Assembly (NCBI RefSeq): GCF_009914755.1
Contig: NC_060926.1
Origin: the human T2T-CHM13v2.0 reference genome, Homo sapiens
Length of the DNA: 64,000 bases
Direction: 5' to 3' (one strand)
The notes under the pieces are model-generated. The model did no database searches. It was not told the DNA's origin and saw only the letters and a program-made list of their open reading frames with translations. This document shows positions 41,081 through 55,883 of this stretch, one piece after another (the first letter of the stretch is position 1; the number at the start of each line of letters is the position of its first letter). A program made the position numbers and the translations under genes.

Positions 41081-43177
41081 AGTGTTTTTAAAAATGCGAA
41101 AAAACCGCTAATCTGATTGACTTACTGAGATAAGCATGTAAATATACAATTATATATAATATACATAATTATAAATAAGCACTTATATAAATTTAATACA
41201 GGATTCAAAGATTTCCTCTGAATGAAGAAATTGTATTTTTAATGTTTAACTGTGCTGGTCCTTCGAGGTAGAGGGTGGAGAGCAATCAATCTCTCTCTCA
41301 CAGTAACTTCCAATTTAGCTGTGTGGGCAATGACTAATTGCTAGATAAGAAATTAAGAAATAGAAATGGGCATTAAGTTAGTAAAATATAATTGTAAAAA
41401 TGCATTAATTAAAACGTCTGAAACATTTTGTTATTTGGTTAACGAATACAGAAGATTTATAAGAACCTCAGTTTATATAGTAAACTTTGTTATGGTTAAT
41501 CGTCGGACAAATCAGATCGGATTAATAGTTTTTAAAGTAATGCCATCTTTTTTTTCTTGATCTTAGAGAAGACTGAAAGATTACACAACTATATTTTATC
41601 TGTTTAAAATTATTCATTTTTATGAAGCATTTATTTTGATTGTCCTAAAATGGTTTTATGTGTCAAATCAATTGTTTCCGTAATATATTTAAGATACTAA
41701 GAATGCAAACACAGGTTTAACCAAACGGAATTATGATAACTTACTTCTTTTTAAAGGATTTATTCATTTGAACTTTAGATAATGCTACAAATCTTTGGAC
41801 TCACTTACTTTACTGACAAGATAGGTAAATTTTTAAATCTTTCCTTTTGCCAAAGTTTTATCATCAACGATGATTGTGTAACTCTGTAATGTCAACTTAA
41901 ATTTAATTACCACATCCTTAATAAACTTATGGACCTTGTATGAATATTAAATTTAGCTAATTAGGAAGTAATCTTTGCTTATAAGACAATTTCTAAGGAC
42001 ATTAAAACATGTAAAGAGAGAAAATGAAACAGTCACCAAGAATAGTTTTTATTTACACATTTTTGTCAATGAAGACATATTTGCTGCTTTAGTCTTCCAA
42101 TAATGAGAAGAAGAAAATGGCAATCTGTATGTGAAAAAATAGTTTATATAATTTAAGCCACTTTATCTTTCAGTAATGCAATAATTCACTATTTTGTGCA
42201 TTGGTTAGATACTTGTTTCAATGTATGTAAGAATATATCAACAAAAAGGCTAATAAATGTTATATTGTGGGCCACAATACAAAACGATAGGGTTTTTTTT
42301 TATCTAAAATGTAGTAGAAACACCTACAGTTATTGATTCTCCTAAGGCATTGTTTATAAAGGCATCAACAATCTGGTATAACAAAAAAAAAATCTATTCT
42401 TTAAAATACCCTAATTATCTTCCAAACTCCTTTAACTGCCATGTCCTGATTTCCACATTTGAGACGTGAAAGAACCTTGACACCTTCTCACCAGATGCTG
42501 TCTCATTACAGGCCTCTGAATGTTGAGAAGAGGTTGCCGTGTTGACAGCTGTTCTAGACTCTTAGACAAAACACTAATGATTGGGCTTATTCTAGCAGTT
42601 CAATTTCTAACTTGTTTGCAAACATCGGCTTCAGTTTTAGTTCTTGAGCCCCTATAGCCACTTACAGACAAAAACTTCCTAGTTGCTACCATTGTGAAAG
42701 GTCCTTTCTTCCCTAAGCTTCAGCATAAATAACTCATTAATTGATATTACCACCTTTAACAAGGACTCTTTACATTTTATAGTACTAATACCAGAAAATT
42801 ATGGTATCTGCCTATGATGTTGTTAAGATATAAAGTAGATGACAACAGAACATGATTGAAAGCAATGATTAGAAAAAATAGTTTTTTTATATTAATATTC
42901 CAATGAGTTGAGGCTTCAATGAACCTGTTCTCATCTACTATCTCATCTTCAAATCTACCTTGTGAAATAGTCAAGACAGGGATTAATCATAGCATTTAGA
43001 AGTGAAAAAGTGAAAATAATCATAATAGGAATGTGCTCATAACATTCCTGCTTCTCCTACATTTTACTTATAAATAAACTGTTGAACAGAGGGAGATTAG
43101 TGACTGATAAAGCCAAGAACAGAACTAATCAATACATTCATCAATGTTGCACCTCGAGGCTCCCCAAGTTTGAATGA

Positions 43178-43519
<342 letters not shown>

Positions 43520-43799
43520 AGATCATCTGATTCTTTATCTCTAGCCCTTAAGTGGGCCTTTTCTCTATATCTTTGCATGACTGAGTTCGTCCTGTTTATG
43601 TAGGGATAGCATTAAGTGTCATGACTTTAAAGAGGCCTCTCTGGACCATAGATTTACCTCCTCCCTGTAGGTGTAATCTTATTATCCCCTACCCAGTTTG
43701 ATTTCTCTTTGCCTAGTACATCATTCTCTGAAATAATCTGGTTAATTTATTTAATTATTTATTGGCTTTTTCTCTTAATACCCCATGAAGACAGAGATG

Positions 43800-43869
43800 T
43801 TATTGGAGTTGTATACTGCTAAATTCCTAGGATCTTATTGGAGTTGTATACTGATAAATTCCTAGTATC
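43800..43869. repeat. 35-bp tandem duplication (2 copies, 2 mismatches) within an L2-like relic
   Basis: ttattggagttgtatactgctaaattcctaggatc / ttattggagttgtatactgataaattcctagtatc. Confidence 0.9.
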
Positions 43870-45760
43870 TTGAGCAGCGCCTGGAACATCCTATTTTTCA
43901 AACAAATAGTTTCTAAGCAAGTGTCCTGAGGTTTGGTGCCATCCCATTGCCTTCTCATTCATCAGAACTGCCTTTTCTCACTTGATACACAGGGTCAAAT
44001 AAACCACTAGAGCAGAAAATTCAACTCTCAACCTCTTGAGCTCTATCTCCCCCCAGTCTTCCCACATTGTCTCATTTCCCCATGACAGAGGTGACATCAG
44101 AATTTATCTGTCAAGAGCTTTCCTAATCTTTTTTTTTTTTCCAGGGGATCAAAATAAAACTCAGAAGTTAAATGACTTGGTTTGGGGTTACACAGTTAGT
44201 AATTGCAGGAGTCTAAACAGAACCAGGTCTTTTGCCTTCTCTTTCTAACAGATTACACTGACTTAATGCCATGAGGGAAAAGCATTCCTAGTGAGTGTTT
44301 GGGTAGGATATAAACCTCTAAAAATTGAGGGTTTTATATTGCTCTCTGCTATCACACAGGTCTTCATTATTCTGACACTCCTAAGTAAGATATTCAGATC
44401 CAGCTAAAAGGAAATTTTTGACCTGTCTACTCTCATTTTTATGAAGGAGAAAAGAAAGAAAGAAATTCAACCTTACCTTAGAGTTAATAGTATTTTAGAC
44501 TTGTCTCTAGATATTTAGATGAAAGATTTCATTTCAATTTTACAGATAAGTAAATCAAGATGCAATGTATTTAAGTAACTAACTTATCCTACATCACATA
44601 GCCAATAAGTTGTCACCAGAATTTGAACCAAGTTAGTGTTGAAATATGAAAAATATAACTCTTAGATGTGAAATGAAACTGACATATCCACAAAATAAGA
44701 GTAAACTTGATCATTTCATGCAGATGAGCACTTTCTATCCTTAAGAAAAATTTTAGCATCTCTCATTGTTCCTTTCATTCAATACCTTTTATTATCAGGA
44801 AGTTCTAAGTTATATCTAAGTTAAATCTCTCTAGTTACAGTTAAAAATCTACTACTTCTCATATGAATGAGTAACAGCTGGTCACTTTATAACCATACAC
44901 TTCATGACCCTTCATACGCTAGAAGATCATTATTAAGTCACCCTTCAGCTTTCTATGATGGAACAGGCCCTATAAAAGTACCATCAGGCACAAAAATTAT
45001 TAGAAGCACCGCAAGGCACCATCATTAAAGTCACCATCTGGCATAACTGGAAATGTCAGCAAATAGGAAGTGCATATTGATGGGCATACTACTGTTTATG
45101 CCTTTTAACTGGTCAGTAATGTCAATTATAATTACATCTTCATTGTAGGATTTTATAGCTTGTATGGATAAATGAACATGCACTCGATTAACTAACTACA
45201 GACTAAATGGAAAATGGTTCTCAGGCTAATGTTTCCAAAAGCTATTAGTACTCTTTTTGTTGACTAATATCTCCAAAATCATTAAGTGCTGAGCAAACAG
45301 ACAAATTGGCTCTATCTCGAAAGAGAACCCAAGCTCTTTTCTAACTTATACAAGTGATTTCTTTAACAGTTAAAAATTTAAGAAACTTTTTTTGCTTTCA
45401 GAATTTTTCTCTATTTTAATGTGGACAATATTAGATTCGCATAAACTAATGAATGTTAATAATGCCTGTCAATCACTATTAGTTTAGTCTAAAAAGTTTT
45501 GCTATTAAAATTATAATTACTTATAAGCAAATAATATTTAATAACTGAAAATATATCGCTTTTAAATTTAGCTTAGTTCTACGTGTGCTAATTATATCAC
45601 AGAACTTGAATTATACTGTATATAAGTGTACACTGTACACTTCTCTGAAAAGTTTATCACAGAAATGATATTCTTATATTTCATTCGTATAGATTACATT
45701 GCATATACTATGTAATAAACTACTTTTAAAGACACATAAAGCTCTGTGGAGTAAATTTAA

Positions 45761-46503
<743 letters not shown>

Positions 46504-47189
46504 GTTATTTCATCTTCTTAGTTCACTCTTACCACCTATTAGTCTTCATGTTTCCTCCCATGCCGGGTTCACTCTCCTTCCTTGGCAGTATTCAAAGATT
46601 TTATTTACATTCACATTATTTCACCTTTCTTTCTAATATGTTTGGAGGGAAATCTGTTTTCTTAAATACAGTGAAAGCACATTATATTGAAATAATTAGT
46701 GGAAAGCAGTTTTTAATACAAACCTATATTACCATGTCGTGTGCTCTATTTACAAAGATTAACTGGCAATTTTTCAGTTCTCCACAAAAATGTTAAAAGT
46801 TAGCAAGCTATAAATGAGATTCTCTATTTCTTACTTCACAAATGTATCAAGGGAGTGATTAGGCACATGTAGAATATCCCTGCTTTATTAAAGGGTAAGT
46901 GATAACTATAGATAAGAGAATATAAACACACACATATATGGTTGTCTATACATATGACACGTACATGTGCTTGATTTCAGGCCATTTTTGTCCTCCACTC
47001 TCTTGGCAGCAATATGATATTAACGCATAGAAGATACTTTTCCCATCAACTATAGATGGCTGTTCTTCTCCGTTTTCCTGCTATTTTTTACTTTAAGAGG
47101 ACTGGGATTACTATGATCCACTTGAAGATGAAAACAGTAACAAGTAAAAAGACGAGCTGTGCTGGTTTCTCTCTATTTTCCAGCCTCTA

Positions 47190-47644
47190 CTCCCACCACC
47201 ACCACTGTTACAAGAAAGATCCTTTGTTCTGTTCTGTTCTTTGCCCCAGGAAGCTGATCCCTGTGGATTACACACCTGAGCATCCTCCTACTAGCTTCTG
47301 GTTAAATTCAGCCAGTGAAGATCAAGAGTGATCAGAGGACTGAAAGAAAGAGACTTAGGTTTTTCTTCTCCCCTCCTTTTCTGCTCTGGGTCATATTTTC
47401 TGGAACATGCTGCATTCCCCCAGGATTATAGCACTTTTTAGGTTGTTCCATGTCTCACTGGGCTCTGGTAGAGAAATTTTCTCCTCTTGCCCTTTAGGCT
47501 TAGGAGTGGCAAGGGCTTCCTGTGGTTTCTAGGCTCTTCAGTGCCTCAACATCCTTTACTGGCTCCTCTAAATTCTCTCACCCCTTTGAAAGCAGTCTAT
47601 CAAATTCTTAAACCATGTGAGGTTCCTATGAGGACCCTGATACA
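47190..47644. mobile_element. ERVL LTR33-like solo LTR
   Basis: Recalled LTR33 motifs (tgccccaggaagctga, gcttctggttaaattcagcca.tg, cttgccctttaggcttagg) and an end ...ggaccctgataca. Confidence 0.6.
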
Positions 47645-48060
47645 AGAGCTGATTTTAGAGGGATAAAAATTGTTATTTTCTTGTCCTTTATAGTCCAACA
47701 ATAGAGTTGTAGGAAACCCTGTGTTACATAATTTGTTTATATTCATGTTCACAGTTTTACGTATTAAAATTATTCAAAAGTAAAATATGTATTAACAGAG
47801 AGCATTTTTTTTAATAAATAAAAAAGTCTCAGGAACTTAATGTCAGGCACTCCTGCTAATTTCAGCTGACTTAGGGGATTTCTAGCCCAGTGTTTTCCAT
47901 TTACTTTAAAAAATCAATTATGTGTCTATCCATAGTTGCAAGTACATTTTATTGAGATTTTGATTTGAGGCACATTTTTATAGCCTGCTATTAGAAAAGG
48001 CATTTGCCTTGCTATGTCAAATAATGTCAAATGAGCAAATGGAGATAATATTTTGAAGTA

Positions 48061-48402
48061 CGGTCACATACCACATAATAACATTTTAGCCAATGATAAA
48101 CTGCATACACAACAGTGGTCCCATAAGTTTATAATACCGTATTTTTCCTTTTCTTTTACCTTTTCTATGTTTAGATACACAAATGCTTCTCGTTGTGTTA
48201 TAACTGTCTACAGCATTCAATACAGTAACATGCTGTGCAAGTTTATATCCTAAAAGCAGTAAGTTATGTCATATAGCCTAGCTATGAAATAGGCTACACC
48301 ACTAAGTTAGTGTAAGTACACTCTATGATGCTCACAGAAGGACAAACTCATCTAACAATGAGTTTCTTAGAATGTATCCCTGTCATTAAGCATGCGTGAC
48401 TG
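48061..48402 (+). mobile_element. Tigger3a/MER7A (Golem)-like MITE
   Basis: Degenerate inverted termini cggtcacatacc.cataa... and ...ttaagcatgcgtgactg with flanking TA, plus internal gtggtcccataag.ttataataccgtattttt. Confidence 0.85.
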
Positions 48403-49092
48403 TAGTTGCTTTCTTGGCAATATCCATTCAGGAATAGTCTCAATTCTAGTAACAGTTGTGAATTGGGCCTTGTGGTTTCAGAGATATACTCCAGAGTAAC
48501 ATCTGTCTATGTACTAGGATATAATCTGGTGTCCAATGAGGTCAGTCTAATTCAGATACATGCTGATCTTTATGCCTGAGGTTCCTAAACTTGTCACCTT
48601 TAATAATCACAAATAACTTGAAAATCCAAAGTAGCTGTGTAGATAGGCAATAATCAATTTGTGCAGATGAATCTCCAAAGAATCCTGGGGAATTAATCTA
48701 CAGGAGGAAAGACGTTTTGTTGGTGGAAAGCAGCCCTGGCCTTAGGAGAAGCCACGTGGAGAGAATATATACTGTTTCTTCTGTTCTGGGGCTGGGAGTG
48801 GCAGCATGCTGGTAATCCACTTGGGTCCCAGTATTGAACTGAAAGGTAGCCTGAGGCAATCCATTCCACATACCAGTTGAAGGAATCTGTCATCTTTGGA
48901 AAGTCTGGTATTCATGACGATAAAGAGGTATCTATAACGCCAACAAGAGGAAAAGTATCCCTGTGCATGAAATACCATTATCTTAGATTCAAGTGATGGA
49001 TGTTCTCAGTGGAACAATAATAGAAATGACTATACATAAGTTCCAAAGCAGAGAAGAAAAGTAGAGTGACTCTTATAGAAATAATACAAGGA

Positions 49093-49381
49093 GGCCGGGC
49101 ATGGTGGTTCACGCCTGTAATCCCAACACTGTGGGAGGCCGAGGCAGGCGGATCACTTGAGGTTGGGAGTTTAAGACCAGCCTGGCCAACATAGTGAAAC
49201 CCAGTCTCTACTAAAAATACAAAAAAGTTAGCTGGGCATGGTGGTGGCACATGCCTGTACTCCCAGCTACTCAGGAGGCTGAGGCAGGAAGATCACTTAA
49301 CCCTGGGAAGCAGAGGTTGCAGTGAGCCGAGATCTCTGTCCCCCAGGTGGAGTGCAGTGGTGCGATCTCTCAAAAAAAAAA
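49093..49381 (+). mobile_element. Alu (AluS) with an internal micro-inversion near the 3' end
   Basis: Sense Alu in which 49334-49369 is the reverse complement of the expected Alu 3' segment. Confidence 0.93.
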
Positions 49382-51157
49382 GTGAGGAATTCCTGAGGGG
49401 TGGAAAGAATGTTCAAGAGAAATGTAACTTGCTTGGAATACAGCATTTTTTGTTGCTAGGTCTCAGAATAAAAAGGGTTTTTTTTGTTTTGTTTTGTTTT
49501 GTTTTTTTGGTGGTGGTGGTGTTTTGTTTTACTATTGTTAGGCTATGGTATTCATACTACTAGTTTTCCTTCCTCTGACCACTATGGCCTGAGAAACCAC
49601 CATTACCTATGAGATCTAAATTTCTCTAGACTCTGGTAGCCAGTTGACATTAAGAATATTACGTGAATAGTTGTAATTAACATTTTGCTAGCCTAATAAC
49701 CTTTGCACCCACCTGCATAAAGCAGAACTTAATCTTCTCAATGGTTTACCTTTATTTCAAGTGAGAGAAGACGGTAGAGTGTAAGGGACATCTTATAGCA
49801 TAAACAGCTTTCTCTTGTATTTCTATTCTACAACTCCTTTATAGCACTACCTTGATCCACTTGAGACTGCTTATGTCCTCCTTGAAAATGGCAAACCCCT
49901 GCCCAAGGGACTACTCTTGATGTTCCCCAAACTACCAAGGAAGAAGGAGGCCTGAGGCACTGCGTCGGCTTCAGTCTTTGCTTCCCAAGACAATTCAGAA
50001 TTAGTTACAACATGATGAGAATTCTATACTTCAGGAAAGAACAGGTTCGCAGCAGGCCTGCAACCTCCAGGAAAGAACAAAGGAAAGTGACCCTCTTAAA
50101 AAAAGAGTTGGGATTTAAAAGCAATCAGTCAAACAAAGTAGTATCTGTGCTATGTATAGACAAGATTCTCCAACACAGAATTTCTCCTTTCCTTCTGCAA
50201 ATAAATCCCTGGAGGCCAACTGAAATAAATTGGTAGACTAGTGTCTCTCACAAATCTATTTAGAGAGGTTTTTTGAATAGTTGGAAGATGCTTGCAAAGA
50301 ATAGAATGGGCACCAGGAACTTGAGGACTGAATGGGTGTGAGGTTGTGAGGGTGGGAGGGAGGAGCAGTGGTGGTTATGAAGTGGGCCATGTCACCCAGG
50401 TCCACTGAACAGGCATCAGGCAGGAGCTTAAGGATCTACTGAACTGTTTTCCTAAGGGACACAGACAGTGACACCAATACGTGGATGAGAACAAACAAAA
50501 CAATGAATTGTCAAATTACAGACACACTTGTCAGTGCTCTTAACCAGTATCAAAGTTTACTAGTAAGTTCAAAGATACATTGTTTATTCTGATCTGCTCC
50601 CTTAGTATTTGTTGAGAGAATAACTATATTTCAGCAGGAAAAAGAAATCTGAGCAGGTTTCTGCTGTATTTCCTCAGATCACAAAACTTTCTCTATATTT
50701 TGTTTCTTTTTCCCATTTCTATTTCTAATACTCAAAGTGTTTCCCTTCACTCTATTTGGTCATTAATCAACTTTGTCCATCTATGCATGTCAGAATTGTC
50801 TGGATTTTTGGATTGGAGAAAGTACTCAGCAATTTATAAGTCCAATTCATATTTCTTTGCTACGAGAAAGTTACACAGCTTGAATCACATGAAGTACAAC
50901 TAAATTCCTAATGCAGCATTTTTCATGTGAAAAAAAGTAATGAATTATTTCACGTCCAAAATCCCTGTTGCTAGTCTTGTGATTGCCAAAAGCCTCAAGT
51001 GACTTCACTAATGGAAGTCTCAAGGTGCTTCTTCCTGCTCCTTAGCTCAATTAGTGTTATCCTTTGCCTTCCAACAGTGAAATACATTTATTTCTGGTCC
51101 ACACATTATGTAAATAACTTCTCTTCATTTGCAGATGGCCTTCATATTGTCATGCTG

Positions 51158-51160
<3 letters not shown>

Positions 51161-51214
<54 letters not shown>
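51161..51214. repeat. (TG)27 microsatellite
   Basis: Direct observation of a perfect tract. Confidence 0.97.
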
Positions 51215-51219
<5 letters not shown>

Positions 51220-51374
51220 CATGCTATTTTAACTTTTATAATCAAAGAGGGTAACAAATATTTATATGTCATCAGTCATTAAGTCATTCACAGATTTGAT
51301 ATTTAGGTACTATTTTAGTAGTAGAGATATAGTGGTAAAGTACAATTCACACTATCAAGGAATTTACAACATGC

Positions 51375-51700
51375 ATATCAGACAGAATAGGCAGATTTAT
51401 GTTGCAGTAACAAAGAACTTCAAATTATCCATGCCTTAAAATAATGGTTTATTTCTAGCCAATGCTATGTGGAGGACCCGAAGATCTCATTGTAGTAATT
51501 TAGGATCTTATGGAGATGGATGTTCTGTTTCAATGCATGCTTTCATGATCATTTAGATAGGAAAAAGGAATGCAGTAAATCATACACTGGCTCTAGAATC
51601 CTCTGCCTACAAGTGATACAGGTTACTACTTCTCATACTTCATTGGCCAAAAAAAGCCATGCAGGCATATCTAATACCCAAGAAAGCAGGACTTCCTAAT
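51375..51700 (-). mobile_element. Old MaLR LTR (MLT1J/K/L-like)
   Basis: tatcag...aatagg...ttatgttgcagtaacaaa...aatggtttatttc and ttcattggccaaa. Confidence 0.55.
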
Positions 51701-52479
51701 GAACATAGGAATACAACATTATATTCATCAATATCAGATTTTTGACCACCTATATCATACTATCAAAACATCAGCTGATACTACATCTATAATATAGTAG
51801 TCTATTTAAATGTCTTGTTCATAGATTATGAAGATGGCTAAGACACAATTGCTTATTTTATTTTCTTTACTTTTTTGGAGCTATACATTGCCCAGTTCAC
51901 ACAATTTTGTTCTCTCTTTTTCAGTTCTGTGATTCAATCACTCAATAACAACAAATTATAATCCTGCATATATGCTGGGGATCCCAGTCTCGAGCTAGTA
52001 TTAGATCAATATCTTTTTTATCCTTTTTCCTGGTAATACAACCAAGCTTGATGTCTAGACTCAGCATTTCTGTAGACAACTAAGTTGTTTCCATTTCTAA
52101 CTTTTGCCATCAGGGCAAAATCCAGATAGTGTTCTTGCTCAAACAATCATTAAGCCAAACTAAACATGGAGAAAAATCATTTTGGCTGTTTGTGGAAGTT
52201 TATAACTATGGCAAGATGTCACTTTAATACTGACACAAATATAAGAAAAATAGTAATTTAATATTTAATAATATTTAATATCTTGCTTTTTCAGTTTATA
52301 ATTATGCACTGGAGAAAGATAAGAATAAATGTTGATCTGTCTGAATGTATAACACAGTAAGAAAGGATCTAACTGGGTCATAATGAAGCCGTTTGCTCAC
52401 TTCTGTAAATTATTTCTTCTCTTTTTTTTAAGAAGCAGCACAGTATAGGAGGAGAAGCCTGGATTAATGAAATAGACAC

Positions 52480-52620
52480 ACCAATTACTAGCCATGCAAA
52501 CTATTTGAGATTCAAGTTTCCTCATCTTTAGAGTACAAATAATAATAGGTAACTCATAGAATTGTAGTGAGAATGTTTGTAAAACACTTTGCACAGCATT
52601 TCGGGACAATAACTAGGTTT
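52480..52620 (+). mobile_element. MIR
   Basis: agtttcctcatcttt...aataataataggtaactcatagaattgtagtgagaat...gtaaaacacttt. Confidence 0.7.
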
Positions 52621-53517
52621 CCAAAATTCTTATTCTTTCATTTTCTCTAAACCGAACTAACTATGAAGTTTTGAGGACAGCTAATAAGTAATGTATCTGG
52701 AAATAGAAAAAAAATACACTCAGGAAAAAATTATTCCAAATGAACAACTCCACCTTCTTCCCTAACAAATGACAAATATTCTGGGTGAGGAATGTAAACA
52801 TGCCAGTAAATAGAAAACAGGAACAGAATGAAAGACATCTTGCTAGACTCCCAATAACTGTCCATGAGAATGTATACACCCTGGCTCAGACAGGAAATAT
52901 AAACACCAGGGATTTCGCAGATGAGCCAGTCTGAGGTTTTATCAATTTCTTTGCTAAAGAATAATATATGGTATTACACATAATAATAGCATATATTATT
53001 ATATAATACCAATAGATATTACTATTCCAATAGTTTCCTTCTCAAATATTTTATTATCACATTATCTTTAATGAATGAATCGGTTAAATTCTTTGTTGTG
53101 TATGGGCAAAGTACATTTTTACATGTCTTTTGTATACTAATACCAACACCTACACTTTCCAAAATTTTATTATTATTTTTAGTATTGTCCTTGTCATATT
53201 AAAATTTAATATATTCTTTGTAGAATCTAAAACTCAGGAAGCGAAGGTACACTTAGTTTACTCTTAGACAGTACTTTTCTAGTTTTTACCCAAATCTTAA
53301 GATTTTTGATCTACAAAAGATGATCATATGAAATCTTAACCATTCTTTAAGAACCACCTTAAATATTATCATGAAACTGACTACAATTTAAATGGTGGCA
53401 AAAGATCCACACTTATTTAAATTTGTAGATTTCTTCCATTTAACTTATACTACCAAACATTTCAGTGATTTCTTTGTATATTTGTTTCCTACCAGGATGT
53501 AAATTTTTAGAAGGCAC

Positions 53518-53955
53518 ATATATATATTATATATATAATTTATATATATAATTTATATATATTTATAATAATATATATAAGCTATATATATTTATATATA
53601 ATATATTATATATATTAGCTATATATATTTATATAATAATATATTATATATTAGCTATATATATTTATATATAATAATATATATAAGCTATATATTTATA
53701 TATAATATATTATATATTAGCTATATATATTTATATATAATATATTATATATTAGCTATATATTTATATATAATAAATAATATATATATTAGCTATATAT
53801 ATTTATATATAATAATATACATAAGCTATATATTTATATATAATATATTATATATTAGCTATATATATTTATATATAATAATATATTATATATTAGCTAT
53901 ATATATTTATATATAATATATTATATATCAGCTATATATATATATTTATATAGCT
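53518..53955. repeat. AT-rich minisatellite, unit about 33-38 bp (tattagctatatatatttatatataatatatta-like)
   Basis: Twelve AGCT anchors at 53580, 53617, 53653, 53686, 53719, 53754, 53791, 53824, 53857, 53895, 53930 and 53952 in otherwise almost pure A/T. Confidence 0.95.
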
Positions 53956-55759
53956 TTACATATCTATTTCTCACATAGCGCAGTAAACTACCCTGTACAT
54001 TTTTGTTAAATGAGTAAAATCTTGAACACGTGGGAGCTAGGAAATATCTTCAAGATGCTGTTTGTATTGTCTTAATCCTAGGATTTGAGACTAATTGGTA
54101 AACAGAAGAAATAAGGATTCCTGTTTAAATATATAGGGAAGACAGGATGGGAAACAATAAGGAAGTAAAAAGAACCAGAAACTTCTTTAGGGTGGATAAT
54201 CAAGGAAAGGAGGAGATCTGCCACTCATTTTAATGATTAACTATTGTTAATTGTTGGTCCCATCAGTCTTCCTCTCTGAGAATAGCAAAACAGTAAAGGT
54301 AGAAATAAATACAATTATGTTGCAGAGACAAGCTAGAATGGAAATGAGGAGAGAGGTCTGCTATGTTAGATATGAGATGCCCTGGGCATATAAACTGATG
54401 GTATTATTTATTTTCTCTTTTGTTCACTTGTTCAGTTCAATAGATTACAAGCTAATACGACTGAAAAGACTATAGTTTAAAGAATGAAGTTGAATGTGTT
54501 TCTAACTCTGTTACTGACACACCCTAGAATTTCTCATGCAAGTCAACAATAAACATCTCACATCTTGAATTTTGAACCAGAAATCATCTTTTGAAATTGG
54601 TAAATGTTTATGTAAGACTGAAGTGGAACACACTTTTAAATATTACTTTTGATTAAATCCCTTCTTATTTTATTCATCCAATAGTTTTCACAATTTCTCC
54701 CTGTAATTATTGAGACTATCCTAAAAAATTAAAATGCAGTTTATTATATTTTCCCTTAGAGAAGAAATCACGATGTCACAGCTTCAAATTTTTCATCTCT
54801 CTATGGGCTAATTTCTCCTTAGTTTTCTCTTCAAGCAATCAGAAATTAAAGACATTTGAGAATACTCTTTAGGGAGAATAATGGCTGTACTGCTTATTAT
54901 ATACCTTTAAAAGCTTATTTTATCAGAATGTTTTCTAGATTTTTTTTTCATTTATGCATTTGGATGCTCAACAATAAAGTTCAACACTCCATTATTATCT
55001 GATAATCCAAGCCAGAATCATCCTCTAATTCTGAATTTTCACTAATTCTTATCTGTTACTACTTCTACATGTCTCTAAAAAGTCATTTCACTTTGTCCTT
55101 ACAGCTACTGCTTTAGGTCAGTATTGCATAAAATCTTTCTTGTGTTATTTTAGTTGCCTTCTAACTGGTTTCCAGTTTTCTGTGTTTTCTCCTTTCAATA
55201 ATCAGGGAAAGAGTTCAGTATAGCCAGTGAAAAATATTTTCTAGGGCTCCCAGAATTAAATAATATTCCTATCCTATTATAATAAATGTTCTGTACATTA
55301 CTTTGCCTGTAGCAGTAAAAATAAAACAAAAGTAGTTTACAGAGTATTACTAAAGAGTATAAAAATTCATAGGAAAATGAAATTCATTGCCAGATTCTTA
55401 GACATACAGGAAATAATATAATCTGACCACTTGTTAGAGTGGAAACATAATTTTTGGCCTCTAATTAAAGACAAAATTTTTCCCCCTAAGTCTCTGAGAA
55501 ACAAATATCTTACTTAATAACCTTCTTTGGAAAATATATACATTAGTAATAAAAATAAATTTAATGTTCAAAAAGTTTTAATTTTTACTGGAAGTTTACC
55601 CTTTTTAAATAATTCACACAATAATGCTTTATATTTATATATGGTTTTGCATACTTACATTTTCTTATGTGATCATCAAAATAGCTTTATTGGTAAGTAC
55701 ATGAAATATACTATTTTTCTGGAAATGGCTGAACAAGGGGGTACACTTCTAATTTCCAT

Positions 55760-55883
55760 TTTTATTTTATTTTTTTCTTATTATTATTTTTTTTTATTTT
55801 AAGTTCTGGGATACATGTACAGAACGTGCAGGTTTGTTACATAGGTATATATGTGCCATGGTGGTTTGCTGCACCTATCAACC
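55760..55883 (-). mobile_element. Short L1PA 3'-terminal fragment
   Basis: T-rich tail followed by ttttaagttctgggatacatgt...gtggtttgctgcacctatcaacc. Confidence 0.88.

Noticed and set aside
48693-48978. Two overlapping minus-strand ORFs in moderately GC-rich non-Alu sequence
   Set aside because: No recognisable domain or convincing splice sites, and no retroviral RT motif could be reconstructed.
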